Counted from the stretch's first letter, positions 1 through 10,053 are shown. The stretch: DNA of 64,000 nucleotides from a bacterium (GCA_024275575.1 JAJRYV010000047.1:40789-104788), one strand, 5' to 3'. Notes: generated by a model not told the origin, from the letters alone. Program-made: numbers and translations.

Positions 1-27
1 CTCCTGAAAAGAAAGCGCGGTTAAATT

Positions 28-1914
28 ATGTGCGGAATCGCTGGATTTATTAATTCTGAGCACGGCAAACAAGCCAACGAACGCGATCTGCGCCGGATGT
101 GTGACGTCATCACCCACCGCGGCCCGGATGAAGACGGCTATTTTGTCTTCGACAATGTCGCCCTCGGTATGCGCCGTTTGAGCATCATCGATCTTTCCAC
201 CGGACGCCAGCCCATCACCAACGAAGATAAATCAATCTGGATCGTTTTTAATGGTGAGATTTATAATTTCCCTGAACTGCGCGCCGAACTCGAGGCCAAA
301 GGCCATCAGTTCCGCACCAAAACCGATACCGAAACTATCGTTCATGCTTATGAAGAATGGGGCACCCTGTGCGCCTCGAAACTCAACGGCATGTTCGCTT
401 TCGCCATTTGGGACAATCGCCGCAAACAGCTCTTTCTCGCCCGTGACCGCATCGGCATCAAACCACTTTATTATTATGCCGATGACAAACGCATCGTTTT
501 TGGCAGCGAGCTGAAATCGTTGTTGCAACTGCCCGAAGTGCCGCGTGAAGTGGATGAAAAAGCACTTGATTTATTTTTGACTTACGAATATGTGCCGGCG
601 CCGTACAGCATTTTAAAGGGCGTTAAAAAATTGCCGCAAGGCCATATTCTCGTGGCCAAAGATGGAAAAATTGAAACACAGCAGTACTGGGAAGTCAAGT
701 ATCAGGAATGCGATAAATCGCAGCATGAATTGGAAGAGGAGTTCATCGAACTCATGCGCGATGCGGTAAAAATTCGCATGATCGCCGATGTGCCCCTGGG
801 TGCTTTTCTCAGCGGCGGCATCGATTCCAGCACCATCGTTGCGCTCATGAGTCAGGTCGCCAGTCGCAAGGTTAAAACATTTTCCATCGGATTTGAAAAT
901 CAATCCTACAACGAACTCGAATACGCCCGGGAGATAGCAACTCATTTCGGCACCGAACACCAGGAATTCATCATTCAGCCGGATATCCTCGATTTGACCG
1001 ACAAACTCATTCATCATCTCGATGAACCGCTGGGTGATTTTTCGATTTTCCCGACGTATCTCGTTTCAAAAATGGCTCGCCGGCATGTGACGGTGGCCCT
1101 TTCCGGTGATGGCGGCGATGAGTTATTCGGTGGTTACGACACTTACGTCGCCAACCAATTGGATGTGAAATACCGCCGCAAAATCCCACAATTTGTGCGC
1201 GAAAAAATGGTCGCACCAATGGTTGGCCTGCTGCCGCCGACGGGAAAGAAAAAAGGCCTTGTCAACAAATCGAAGCGATTTGTCGAAGGCAGCAATCTAC
1301 CGCCGGACCTGCAGCATACCCGCTGGATGACTTTCGTCGCTGAACACGAAAAACAGGCGCTCTACAGCCCGGAAATGTTGCAGGCACGCAACGGCTGCAC
1401 GGCTTTTGATTTTATGCGTGGCTATTTTCAAAAAGCTACGTCGAAAGATCCACTCAATCGCCAACTGTACGTCGATACCAAGACTTATCTCTGTGACAAT
1501 ATTCTGGTGAAAGTCGACCGCATGAGCATGGCGACTTCGCTGGAAGCGCGGGTGCCCTTTCTCGATCACCGGGTGGTTGAATTCGCCGCCCGCGTTCCCG
1601 GTTCGATGAAAATGGCCAATGGCCGTACAAAAATTCTGGTCAAAGATGCACTGGCAAAACTGCTGCCGCAGATGATCACCAAACGCGGAAAAGAGGGGTT
1701 CAGCATCCCGATAAAAAACTGGTTGAAATCGGAACTCAAACCGTTGATGATGGAGACACTGGCGCCGGAAAAAATACGCGCCGACGGTTTTTTTCAGGCT
1801 GATATGATTGAACGGCTGATTAAAGAGCATTTGCAAAACAAGGAAAACCACAGCCATCGCCTGTGGGCATTGATGGTTTTTCAAATTTGGAAACAAACTT
1901 ACTTGGGAAAATAA
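28..1914 (+). CDS. asnB: Asparagine synthase (glutamine-hydrolysing) family amidotransferase
   Basis: 628-aa ORF. N-terminal MCGIAG carries the Cys2 nucleophile of class-II amidotransferases. RLSIIDL, FNGEIYN and TDTE glutaminase motifs are present, and the synthetase half has the PP-loop SGGIDSS. The stop abuts the next start (TAAATG). Confidence 0.9.
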   Translation: MCGIAGFINSEHGKQANERDLRRMCDVITHRGPDEDGYFVFDNVALGMRRLSIIDLSTGRQPITNEDKSIWIVFNGEIYNFPELRAELEAKGHQFRTKTDTETIVHAYEEWGTLCASKLNGMFAFAIWDNRRKQLFLARDRIGIKPLYYYADDKRIVFGSELKSLLQLPEVPREVDEKALDLFLTYEYVPAPYSILKGVKKLPQGHILVAKDGKIETQQYWEVKYQECDKSQHELEEEFIELMRDAVKIRMIADVPLGAFLSGGIDSSTIVALMSQVASRKVKTFSIGFENQSYNELEYAREIATHFGTEHQEFIIQPDILDLTDKLIHHLDEPLGDFSIFPTYLVSKMARRHVTVALSGDGGDELFGGYDTYVANQLDVKYRRKIPQFVREKMVAPMVGLLPPTGKKKGLVNKSKRFVEGSNLPPDLQHTRWMTFVAEHEKQALYSPEMLQARNGCTAFDFMRGYFQKATSKDPLNRQLYVDTKTYLCDNILVKVDRMSMATSLEARVPFLDHRVVEFAARVPGSMKMANGRTKILVKDALAKLLPQMITKRGKEGFSIPIKNWLKSELKPLMMETLAPEKIRADGFFQADMIERLIKEHLQNKENHSHRLWALMVFQIWKQTYLGK

Positions 1915-2898
1915 ATGAAAGCTTTGGTCACCGGGGCGAATGGGTTTACAGGTAGTTATCTGACCAAACATCTGCTCGAAAAAGGCTACGATGTTCGTGT
2001 ACTCGTGCGTAAATCATCCAATCTTTCGACCTTAAAAGGACTCGATGTTGAGTATTTCTACGGCGATCTCGGCAAAGATAAAGACCTGCACGGCGCTGCT
2101 GAAGGCATCGATGTGGTTTTTCATATCGCCGCTTTGTTTCGTGCTGAAGATGTGCCAAAGCAAGCATTCTGGGATGTGAATCTTGATGGTACGCGAAAAA
2201 TATTGCAAGAAGCCAAACGCGCCGGAGTGCAGCGTTTTGTGCACTGCAGCACGGTTGGCGTGCAGGGCGAAATCGACCACCCGCCGGCAAAAGAAGATGC
2301 TCCCTACAAACCCGGCGATTATTACCAGGAATCGAAAACGGACGGGGAAAAGCTGGCGCTGGAATTTTTTGCCAGTGAGAATTTACCCGGCTGTGTCGTG
2401 CGGCCGGTGGGCATTTACGGCCCTGGTGATGACCGTTTCCTGAAAATTTTCAAATTTATCAACAACGGCAAATTCCGCATGATCGGCAGCGGAAAAGTAC
2501 TGTACCATCTCACTTTTGTCGAAGACCTGGTCGCAGGTATTGCCCTTGCGGGAGAAAAGGATGCAGCGCTCGGTGAAATTTTTACTATTGGTGGCGAGGG
2601 CTATTTAACACTCGGTGAGTTGGTGGAGAAAATCGCCGGAGTTTTGCGCAAGTCGGTGCCGGCAACCAAAATTCCCGTTTGGCCGGTCTGGTTTGCCGGT
2701 TTGCTTTGCGAAATTATTTGCCGGCCTTTTGGCATTTCACCGCCCATCTACCGCCGCCGTGTCGATTTTTTTATCAAAGACCGCGCTTTTGATATCTCAA
2801 AAGCGAAAAAATTACTCGGTTACCAACCAAAGGTAGCTCTTGAAGAAGGTCTCACCCGAACGGCGGTATGGTATAAAGAACAGGGCCTTTTGGATTAA
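1915..2898 (+). CDS. NAD-dependent epimerase/dehydratase (extended SDR)
   Basis: 327-aa ORF with the Rossmann motif VTGANGFTGSYL at the N-terminus and a YxxxK catalytic motif (YQESK). Directly coupled to the upstream gene. Confidence 0.85.
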   Translation: MKALVTGANGFTGSYLTKHLLEKGYDVRVLVRKSSNLSTLKGLDVEYFYGDLGKDKDLHGAAEGIDVVFHIAALFRAEDVPKQAFWDVNLDGTRKILQEAKRAGVQRFVHCSTVGVQGEIDHPPAKEDAPYKPGDYYQESKTDGEKLALEFFASENLPGCVVRPVGIYGPGDDRFLKIFKFINNGKFRMIGSGKVLYHLTFVEDLVAGIALAGEKDAALGEIFTIGGEGYLTLGELVEKIAGVLRKSVPATKIPVWPVWFAGLLCEIICRPFGISPPIYRRRVDFFIKDRAFDISKAKKLLGYQPKVALEEGLTRTAVWYKEQGLLD

Positions 2899-2903
2899 TC
2901 GCC

Positions 2904-2970
2904 ACCGAGGCTGAGCCTGCCGAAGCCGGAACAAATGTCCCTGCAAGCTCAAGGGGATTCAGGCTGCCAC
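2904..2970. repeat. Core-only degenerate copy of the 'GCTGAGCTTGCCGAAGCGG...CAAGCTCAGGGA' palindromic element
   Basis: caccgaggctgagcctgccgaagccgg...ctgcaagctcaagggga aligns with the core of the elements at 13296, 13500 and 62804. It lacks their terminal inverted repeats. Confidence 0.4.
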
Positions 2971-2997
2971 AGAAACTTATAAACACAGGACTGGATT

Positions 2998-3780
2998 ATG
3001 AGTGAAAACGGAATCAAAAAAGACACAGTAGAAATCCAGCGCGAACTTTTCGACGCCGACAAATCCAAATTAAAAAAGTATCAGGAATTGATCATCGGCG
3101 GCGGTGGGCTCGGCAGTCTGATCAAATACGAACTCATCATTACGCTCACTTCTTTTTTGCCCGGTGCATTCGGGCTCTTGTTACGCAGCAAACTCTTTCC
3201 AAAACTCCTCGGCAAATGCGGCCGCAATGTGACCTTCGGCACCAACGTGGTTCTGCGTCACCCCGGCAAAATCGAAATCGGCGACAATGTGGTCATCGAT
3301 GACAACGTCGTGCTCGATGCCAAAGGCGCCGACAACAAAGGCCTGTTTATCGGCAATGGCGTCTTTGTTGGGCGCAATACGATTTTGAGCTGTAAAAACG
3401 GCGATATCATTCTCGAAGACAATGTCAATATCGGTTTTAACTGCGAGATTTTTTCGGCAAACTCTGTGCACGTTGGCAAAAATGTGCTCATGGCAGCCTA
3501 CACTTATCTCGTCGGTGGTACGCACACGTTCACCCGTACCGACATCCCGATGATTCAGCAGGAGCGTGAAGCCCGCGGCATTGCCGTCGGTGAGGGCGCC
3601 TGGCTTGGAGCGCATGCCGTGGTTTTTGACGGCGCCAGCATTGGCAAAGAATGCGTCATCGGCGCGGGCGCCATCGTCAACCGCGATATCCCAGATTGGC
3701 AGATCGCTGTCGGTTCACCGGCAAAACCGGTAAAAGACCGTCGCGAGCTGGCCGGGGATGAAGAATCGATCGAAGCTTAG
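2998..3780 (+). CDS. Hexapeptide-repeat (left-handed beta-helix) acetyltransferase with N-terminal hydrophobic segment
   Basis: 260-aa ORF with repeated [LIV]-G-x-x-x-x hexapeptides (IEIGDNVVIDDNVVLD, IGNGVFVGRNTIL, VGEGAWLGAHAVVFDGASIGKECVIGAGAIV). Confidence 0.8.
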   Translation: MSENGIKKDTVEIQRELFDADKSKLKKYQELIIGGGGLGSLIKYELIITLTSFLPGAFGLLLRSKLFPKLLGKCGRNVTFGTNVVLRHPGKIEIGDNVVIDDNVVLDAKGADNKGLFIGNGVFVGRNTILSCKNGDIILEDNVNIGFNCEIFSANSVHVGKNVLMAAYTYLVGGTHTFTRTDIPMIQQEREARGIAVGEGAWLGAHAVVFDGASIGKECVIGAGAIVNRDIPDWQIAVGSPAKPVKDRRELAGDEESIEA

Positions 3781-3790
3781 GAGCTTGAGA

Positions 3791-4912
3791 ATGGCTGATC
3801 CAATTCGTGTTTTGCACGTTATCGATAAATTTTCCATGGATGGGGTGAATCCCAGCAGTTGCTCCCGCCTTTTTGCCCAGTGGATTCCGTTGCATGATAA
3901 GAATAAATTTCAAATCGACGTTGCCGGCCTGCGGCCGCGGGATGCGGCAGGGGTATTTTTGGAACAGCACGGTATTAAAGTTTTCTACATCGAGGAAGGC
4001 AAATACAGTCCGAAAAATATCAAAGCCATCGCTGAGCTGGCGAAAAAAGGAAACTACGATATTCTGCATTTACACGGCTACAGTTCGGCGAATTTCGGCC
4101 GCCTGGCGGGCAAAAAAAGCGGCGCCAAAACCATCGTGCACGAACATGCGGTACTCAAGGTTTTGCCGCACCAGTTTGTCATCGACTGGCTATTGCGCAA
4201 CAAAAGTGATGTCGGCCTCGGCGTTTCCAATGCGGTGAAAGATTTTATGATGAAAGGCCGTTCTCTTCCGGAGGACAGAATTGAAGTCATCTGGAACGGT
4301 ATCCCGCTCGAGGAATTTTCACAGCCTGATGATAAAAAAGTCAGAGAATTCAGGAATAATCTCGGCCTGCCGGACGAGGCTTATATCCTGGGCACGGTCA
4401 CCCGGCTGCGTGAGGAAAAAGGCGATAAATATCTGCTTGATGCCTTCGCGGAAATCGCTGAGGCACATCCGCCGGTTTTTCTCGTTTTGATCGGTGACGG
4501 GCCTTTGAAAGATCAGCTGTCCGAACAGACGCACAAACTCGGTATCGGTGATCGGGTGATTTTTACCGGTTTCGTTGCAGATGTTCCCGTGGCCTTAAAT
4601 GCTCTCGATCTGATTGCCATCCCCTCGCTGCGTGAAGGTTTCGGCCTGGCACTCGTGGAAGCCATGGCGGCGGGAAAACCCATCGTTGCTTCTTATGTCG
4701 GCGGTATGAGGGAACTGGCGGAAAACGAGAAAAATGCCCTGATGGTACCACCGGCTGATGCAAAAGAACTGGCTTCAGCTCTGCAGCGATTGCTCTCCGA
4801 CAAAAAATTGCGCGAGTTGTTATCGCAACAGGCGCGTGCTGACAGCGCCAAATTCAGCATCGAAAAAAATGTCGATGCGTTGGAAAAACTGTACGAACAG
4901 GTCGTGAATTGA
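3791..4912 (+). CDS. Glycosyltransferase family 4 (GT-B, group 1)
   Basis: ORF track starts at 3758. The ATG at 3791 follows AGGAG (3779-3783) and gives the typical N-terminus MADPIRVLHVID. C-terminal EX7E-type motif EGFGLALVEAMAAGKPIV. Confidence 0.85.
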   Translation: MADPIRVLHVIDKFSMDGVNPSSCSRLFAQWIPLHDKNKFQIDVAGLRPRDAAGVFLEQHGIKVFYIEEGKYSPKNIKAIAELAKKGNYDILHLHGYSSANFGRLAGKKSGAKTIVHEHAVLKVLPHQFVIDWLLRNKSDVGLGVSNAVKDFMMKGRSLPEDRIEVIWNGIPLEEFSQPDDKKVREFRNNLGLPDEAYILGTVTRLREEKGDKYLLDAFAEIAEAHPPVFLVLIGDGPLKDQLSEQTHKLGIGDRVIFTGFVADVPVALNALDLIAIPSLREGFGLALVEAMAAGKPIVASYVGGMRELAENEKNALMVPPADAKELASALQRLLSDKKLRELLSQQARADSAKFSIEKNVDALEKLYEQVVN

Positions 4913-4993
4913 CTGGTTGCTGATCTTAAAAATGCCCGGACGTATGAAAAGGATTTTATACTTACATTTTGCCTGAAAATCTGAAAAAGAAAA

Positions 4994-6229
4994 ATGTTCT
5001 CAACATTGACTTACAAACTTCGTTGGAGTTATCGCAAGAATTGGCCGGATATTAAAGGCATCTTTTCACGCCAGTATCCTGAATTCATCTTCAGTTCTGC
5101 GCCCTCGTCAATCGAAAACCAGATTCCGGTTTTTGTCTTTCATACGGCAGACCCGATTACTTTCGAAGACCAGTTGCTCTATTTGAAAAAAAATTCCTAT
5201 CGCACTTTGAACGGCCGAGAGTTTTATCAGATTTTAAAGGGAAAAAGCCAACTGCCCGAACGATCCGTTGTGCTGACTTTCGATGACGGCCTCGCCAGTT
5301 TATATTCCGTCGTCTCGCCATTGCTGAAGAAATATGATTTCCAGGCTATTTCATTTCTCATCGCCGGTATCATCCCCGATGAAGCACCGGAGACGGCAAA
5401 TTATGAAGACTATCTCTCCGGCAAAGTGCCGCTGGAAAAATTGCTCGAGCGTGAAAAAAGTGAATTTCCACTGTGTTCATGGCAGGAAATCAACGAGATG
5501 CACGCCTCCGGCGAAATTGATTTTCAAGCGCATACCATGTATCATCACCTTATCAATATTACACCACAAGTTGTTGATTATATTAATCCCAATTTTGATT
5601 TTTATTTCTATGCGAATATTCATGTTCCGCTCTACTATGAAAATGGCGAAGCCAATTATCAACGCGATGTGGCGGTGGGAACGCCGGTCTATCGTTCGGA
5701 ACCGCGTATGAGCGGTCTACCGCAATATTTCGATAATGAAGATGTGCGTCAGGCCTGTGTTGAATTTGTGTTCCAGAAAGGGCGCTCCAGTTTTTTTATG
5801 CGGGTCGATTGGCGCCAGCAACTGGCAAAATTTTATAAAAAACAGGTGGAAAAATTCGGTCTCGGCATCTACGAAAGCCGGGACGAAATGAAGGCAAATA
5901 TTCTGCAGGATTTTCAAGATTGCAAAAGTGTGATTGAAAAAAATATCTCAGGGAAAAAGGTAGATCAGTTTTGCTATCCCTGGTTCATCGGTTCTGATTT
6001 GGCCGGCGAGCTTGGGCGGCAGGCCGGTTTTACGACGCAATATTGGGGTGTTTTACCAGGGCGCAAATGCAATACGCCGAATGACAGCCCGCTGAAAGTC
6101 GTGCGCATTGAAGATCGGTTCTTGCATCTGCTGCCCGGGGTCGGTCGCCGGTCGTTGCCGCAAATAATCTCGGAAAAAGTAACCAAGAATTTGCCGATAT
6201 TTAAAAAACGGTTGCGCAGCACACTTTAG
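4994..6229 (+). CDS. Polysaccharide deacetylase (NodB homology/CE4-like) with large insertion
   Basis: 411-aa ORF with NodB motif 1 (VLTFDDGLAS) and a His motif (QAHTMYHH). Confidence 0.7.
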   Translation: MFSTLTYKLRWSYRKNWPDIKGIFSRQYPEFIFSSAPSSIENQIPVFVFHTADPITFEDQLLYLKKNSYRTLNGREFYQILKGKSQLPERSVVLTFDDGLASLYSVVSPLLKKYDFQAISFLIAGIIPDEAPETANYEDYLSGKVPLEKLLEREKSEFPLCSWQEINEMHASGEIDFQAHTMYHHLINITPQVVDYINPNFDFYFYANIHVPLYYENGEANYQRDVAVGTPVYRSEPRMSGLPQYFDNEDVRQACVEFVFQKGRSSFFMRVDWRQQLAKFYKKQVEKFGLGIYESRDEMKANILQDFQDCKSVIEKNISGKKVDQFCYPWFIGSDLAGELGRQAGFTTQYWGVLPGRKCNTPNDSPLKVVRIEDRFLHLLPGVGRRSLPQIISEKVTKNLPIFKKRLRSTL

Positions 6230-6323
6230 AAAAAGAAAAATGCAGCGGCGAAAAAAATCGATTTGTCGAACCTATCAAGCCGATGCATTAAAATAAGCAC
6301 GTAAAAAACAGAGAAGGGTTGAC

Positions 6324-8243
6324 ATGATTTTTGGAAGTCTCGGCGAAGATATAAACAGCATTTCCCCGGCTGAATCCTATGCGACGATCTGGGGTGTCGA
6401 TGATATGAATGCGCTGGCGCACGAATATCGCAAAGACCGCTTCACCTTGGGCATGACCAGTTCCGGTGCACGTTCCCATGACGCTGGACACATTTTATAT
6501 CACAATCCCGATGCCGGGGTGACGATTGCGGTTTACGGCTGTATTTTTAATATCGCAGAACTGGCGCGGCAGCTCGGCGCGGTGTTCGATAAAAACTATC
6601 AGACCAGTGTCGGCACCACGATTTTTCGTGGCTATGAAAAGGAAGGTGCACAGTTTTTCCGTAGATGCAACGGCAACTTCGTCATCGTCATTCATGATGA
6701 GCGGAAAAATCGCCTCTGGCTGGTGCGTGATCATCTTGGTATTGAATCGCTTTACTACTACCGCAAAAACCAGCTGTTATACTTTAGCTCCAGTTTGCAC
6801 CAGTTGGCAGCCTCGCCCCGCGTCGATGCCGGTCTCAATTCCGTTGCCGTGATGCGTTATCTGTTATTCAATTATAACCCGGCGTTCGACACTGTTTTTG
6901 AAGATGTACAAAAATTGCGGCCGGGTTATATGCTGCGTATCGAAGACGGCCAGATGATCATCGATCCCTACTGGTATATTTCGTTTAAAGAGCCATTCAA
7001 AAAATCGGACAGCGAATACAAGGAAGAATTAATCGACCTGTTCAACGATGCTATTCGTCTGCGCCTTGATGACAAGCGCTTTCGCACCGGCGTTTATTTA
7101 AGCGGCGGCATGGACAGCAGTACCATCACCGGTTTGATGCGGCCGATGATGCAAGGCCCGTTGCATTCTTTTTCTTTCCGTTGCCGCGGCAAAACTTTTG
7201 ACGAGTCTTATTATGCCCGTTTTATGAGCGAAAGCTACAACACAACTCACCACGAAATACCTTATGAGGCTGAAGACGTTTACCGCATTGCGCAAGTGGC
7301 GGCGGCCTCAGACGAACCCTTTTCCGATATCGGCATCGAAGTGGCTTCCTATTTGCTGGCGGAAAAAGCATCCGGCATCGTCGATTATGTGATGACCGGT
7401 GATGGTGGCGATGAACTCTTCGCTGGGCATCCGGTTTATATGGCGGATAAAATGGCGGAGAAATTTGAGCGCATACCGAAAAAATTACGCCACCCGCTAA
7501 CAAGCATTTTACAAAAATTACCTGACCCCGAAGCAAAGAAAAACCTGCTCGTTAAAGCAAAACGTTTTTCCTATAGCACCGGTTTTTCCGCTGACCTTTT
7601 CAGCAATCGCTGGCGTATTTATTACACCGACGACGAACTGAAAAAATTGCTCACGCCGGACTGGTATCAGACCCTGAGCAAAAAAGACGCGCTGCAGGAT
7701 ATCAAAAATCTCTACCTCGAAGCCGATGGTGGTGATTTCCTCAGCAAAACCATTTATGGCGATTATTACACCGTCACCGGCTTTTATCTGCGCCGCATGG
7801 AATTGACGCGGCAATTCGGCCTCGAAGGCCGTTATCCCTTACTCGATCATCGGCTGGTTGAGTACACCTCCCGTATTCCGTCCAATCTGAAACTGGATGA
7901 AAAAGGACAAACCAAAGCCATTTTTCACAAAGTGATGGCCGGGGTTCTGCCGGATGAAATCGTCTTCCGCACGGATAAACTCGGGCATAGCGTCCCGTTT
8001 AAAAACTGGCTGCGCCACAAACCTGTGGTGCAAAATGTGATTCGTGAATGTTTGACCCCGGAGGCCATTAGTAAACGTGGTATATTCAACAATGATTTTG
8101 TGCAAATGCTGTTTAAACGGCATTTGAGCAAAGCCGACAATAACAGCCACCGTCTGTGGTCGCTGCTGACCTTCGAATTGTGGTGCCGTGAACACCTCGA
8201 TAACCGCAAAGTCAACAAAGCCGTCGAAGCTGAACTCGTATAA
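6324..8243 (+). CDS. AsnB-like ATP-dependent amidotransferase with degenerate (Cys-less) glutaminase domain
   Basis: 639-aa ORF. The synthetase half is intact (PP-loop YLSGGMDSST, TGDGGDELFAG). The N-terminus is MIFGSL instead of MCG, and FNGEIYN is replaced by VYGCIFN. Confidence 0.85.
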   Translation: MIFGSLGEDINSISPAESYATIWGVDDMNALAHEYRKDRFTLGMTSSGARSHDAGHILYHNPDAGVTIAVYGCIFNIAELARQLGAVFDKNYQTSVGTTIFRGYEKEGAQFFRRCNGNFVIVIHDERKNRLWLVRDHLGIESLYYYRKNQLLYFSSSLHQLAASPRVDAGLNSVAVMRYLLFNYNPAFDTVFEDVQKLRPGYMLRIEDGQMIIDPYWYISFKEPFKKSDSEYKEELIDLFNDAIRLRLDDKRFRTGVYLSGGMDSSTITGLMRPMMQGPLHSFSFRCRGKTFDESYYARFMSESYNTTHHEIPYEAEDVYRIAQVAAASDEPFSDIGIEVASYLLAEKASGIVDYVMTGDGGDELFAGHPVYMADKMAEKFERIPKKLRHPLTSILQKLPDPEAKKNLLVKAKRFSYSTGFSADLFSNRWRIYYTDDELKKLLTPDWYQTLSKKDALQDIKNLYLEADGGDFLSKTIYGDYYTVTGFYLRRMELTRQFGLEGRYPLLDHRLVEYTSRIPSNLKLDEKGQTKAIFHKVMAGVLPDEIVFRTDKLGHSVPFKNWLRHKPVVQNVIRECLTPEAISKRGIFNNDFVQMLFKRHLSKADNNSHRLWSLLTFELWCREHLDNRKVNKAVEAELV

Positions 8244-8245
8244 AG

Positions 8246-9216
8246 ATGAAATTTTTATTAAAAGGACTGATCAGCGTTGGCCTCATCGGCGCGCTGCTCT
8301 ATTGGAAAGTCGATATCGCAGAATTGGGGCGGGCATTTCGGCAGGTCGATATCCTGTTATTCGCATTTGCCTCGGTACTTTTTCTGTTTCAGCAAGTGGT
8401 CATCGCTTACTGCTGGCAGGTGGTTTTGCAGGCGCAGGAAAATCAGATTCCCTTCGGCCGCATTTTGCAGGTGCACTTGATCGGCGCTTTTTTCGGTACT
8501 TTTATGCCGACGAGCATCGGCATGGATATCGTGCGCGCTTTCAGTTTGAAAAAATATCTTTCAAACCGCCTGCACGCCATGAGCTCGATGTTTGTCACAC
8601 GGGTCGTCGGATTCGTGATCAATTTTGCCATCGCCCTCGTCGTCGCCATCCCGGCAGCGCAGCAGACTGGCAACAGCCGTCTTTTCTGGATCGTTCTTCT
8701 GATGACTTTTGCGTTTTGTTTTGCCGTCTATGTGCTTTTGCAGCCAGGGCTGCTATATTTTTTCAAACCGCTTTTTGAGCGCTTTAAACTGCAGAACATT
8801 TTCGCGAAACTCGCTGAATTCCAGGAAGGCACAAAAGCATTACGTCATCAGAAACAGTCAATGATAATTTTGTTACTTTTGTCGTTGTTCTTTCAAATTC
8901 TCGGAATTATGATTATTTATCTGGTCGGATTAAGTCTGGGATTATCGATTGCTGCCTACCATTATTTCATCCTTATTCCGTTGATCACCACTATTACCAT
9001 ATTGCCCCTGTCGGTTGCCGGAATCGGTGTGCGCGAAGGTGCGTTTGTCTTTTTTTCGTGCCGCTGGGTGTCAGCGAACCACAGGCTTTCTCCCTGTCTC
9101 TGCTGGTTTTTGCCCAGTGGGTGGGTTTGGCGTTGATGGGTGGTGTGGTTTATTGGGCCTCGGGAATTGAATCCTCGCGGCAGAACGATGGGCAAACAGT
9201 TACAGAACCAAACTGA
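8246..9216 (+). CDS. UPF0104/lysyl-phosphatidylglycerol-synthase-TM-like flippase-like membrane protein, with an apparent -1 frameshift at the T7 run 9050-9056
   Basis: Multi-TM ORF 8246-9136. After GVREGAFVFF the track frame turns Cys/Trp/Arg-rich. The -1 frame reads FFVPLGVSEPQAFSLSLLVFAQWVGLALMGGVVYW...TEPN* (a plausible last TM helix) and stops at 9216, 15 nt before proC. Confidence 0.7.
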
Positions 9217-9231
9217 TCAGGAAGGATCGGC

Positions 9232-10053
9232 ATGCCGGCATTAAATTCTAAAAAATTCGCTTTTATCGGGGCCGGGAAAATGGGGGAGACCCTGATCAAA
9301 GGCATTCTCGCCTCCAGCGAAGTCAAAAACGAGCAGATTGTCGCCACAGCGCGACACGAAAAACGACTTGGGCAACTGCGCGAACGTCTGAAAATTTCGA
9401 CAACTTTGAATAATATCGAAGCTGCAGAATCCGCCGATGTCGTTCTGCTCTGCGTCAAACCGCAGGCAGCCGCAGGGATCTTAGCTGAATTGCAAAGCGT
9501 TCTCAAACCCAATCAGGTGGTCATCTCCATCGTCGCCAGTGTGACGACAGGGTTGATCGAAGATAAATTATTGAACAAAGTGCCGGTCGTGCGCGCCATG
9601 CCTAATACGCCGAGCCTTGTGGGTGCGGGGATGACGGCGATCTGCGGTGGTAAATTTTCGGAAAAAAGGCATGTGACGCTGACGGAAAATATATTTAACC
9701 TCATCGGCCGTACTATCGTGCTCGATGAAAACTATTTTGACTCGGTAACCGGGCTGAGCGCCAGCGGTCCGGCGTTCATTTATATCATCATTGAATCGCT
9801 CGCTGAGGGTGGGGTCAAAGCCGGTCTGCCACGCGATGTGGCGACGGAACTGGCGGCGCAAACCTGTCTCGGCGCGGCGAAAATGGTGATCGATACACAG
9901 GAACATCCGGCGGTTTTGAAAGATAATGTAACGACACCGGCGGGTTGCACCATCGATGGTATTTTAAAACTGGAAGAAGGCGGTTTGCGGGTAACGCTGA
10001 TCAAAGCCATCGTCGAAGCTGCCAAAAGGGCGAAGAGTTTGATTAATGATTAG
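9232..10053 (+). CDS. proC: Pyrroline-5-carboxylate reductase
   Basis: 273-aa ORF. N-terminal Rossmann motif FIGAGKMGETLIKGI and the conserved C-terminal dimerisation region (VTTPAGCTIDGILKLEEGGLR). Confidence 0.9.
   Translation: MPALNSKKFAFIGAGKMGETLIKGILASSEVKNEQIVATARHEKRLGQLRERLKISTTLNNIEAAESADVVLLCVKPQAAAGILAELQSVLKPNQVVISIVASVTTGLIEDKLLNKVPVVRAMPNTPSLVGAGMTAICGGKFSEKRHVTLTENIFNLIGRTIVLDENYFDSVTGLSASGPAFIYIIIESLAEGGVKAGLPRDVATELAAQTCLGAAKMVIDTQEHPAVLKDNVTTPAGCTIDGILKLEEGGLRVTLIKAIVEAAKRAKSLIND

Noticed and set aside
8188-8778. 196-aa plus-strand ORF overlapping the end of asnB-like and the UPF0104 gene
   Set aside because: It is an alternative frame of two well-supported genes, and its Arg/Gly/Ala-rich translation has no membrane or enzyme signature.
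9232-10053. proC embedded at the end of a glycan operon as a possible non-canonical reductase
   Set aside because: The sequence looks like an ordinary full-length pyrroline-5-carboxylate reductase, with its own RBS-distance spacing. Housekeeping hitch-hikers at operon ends are common.
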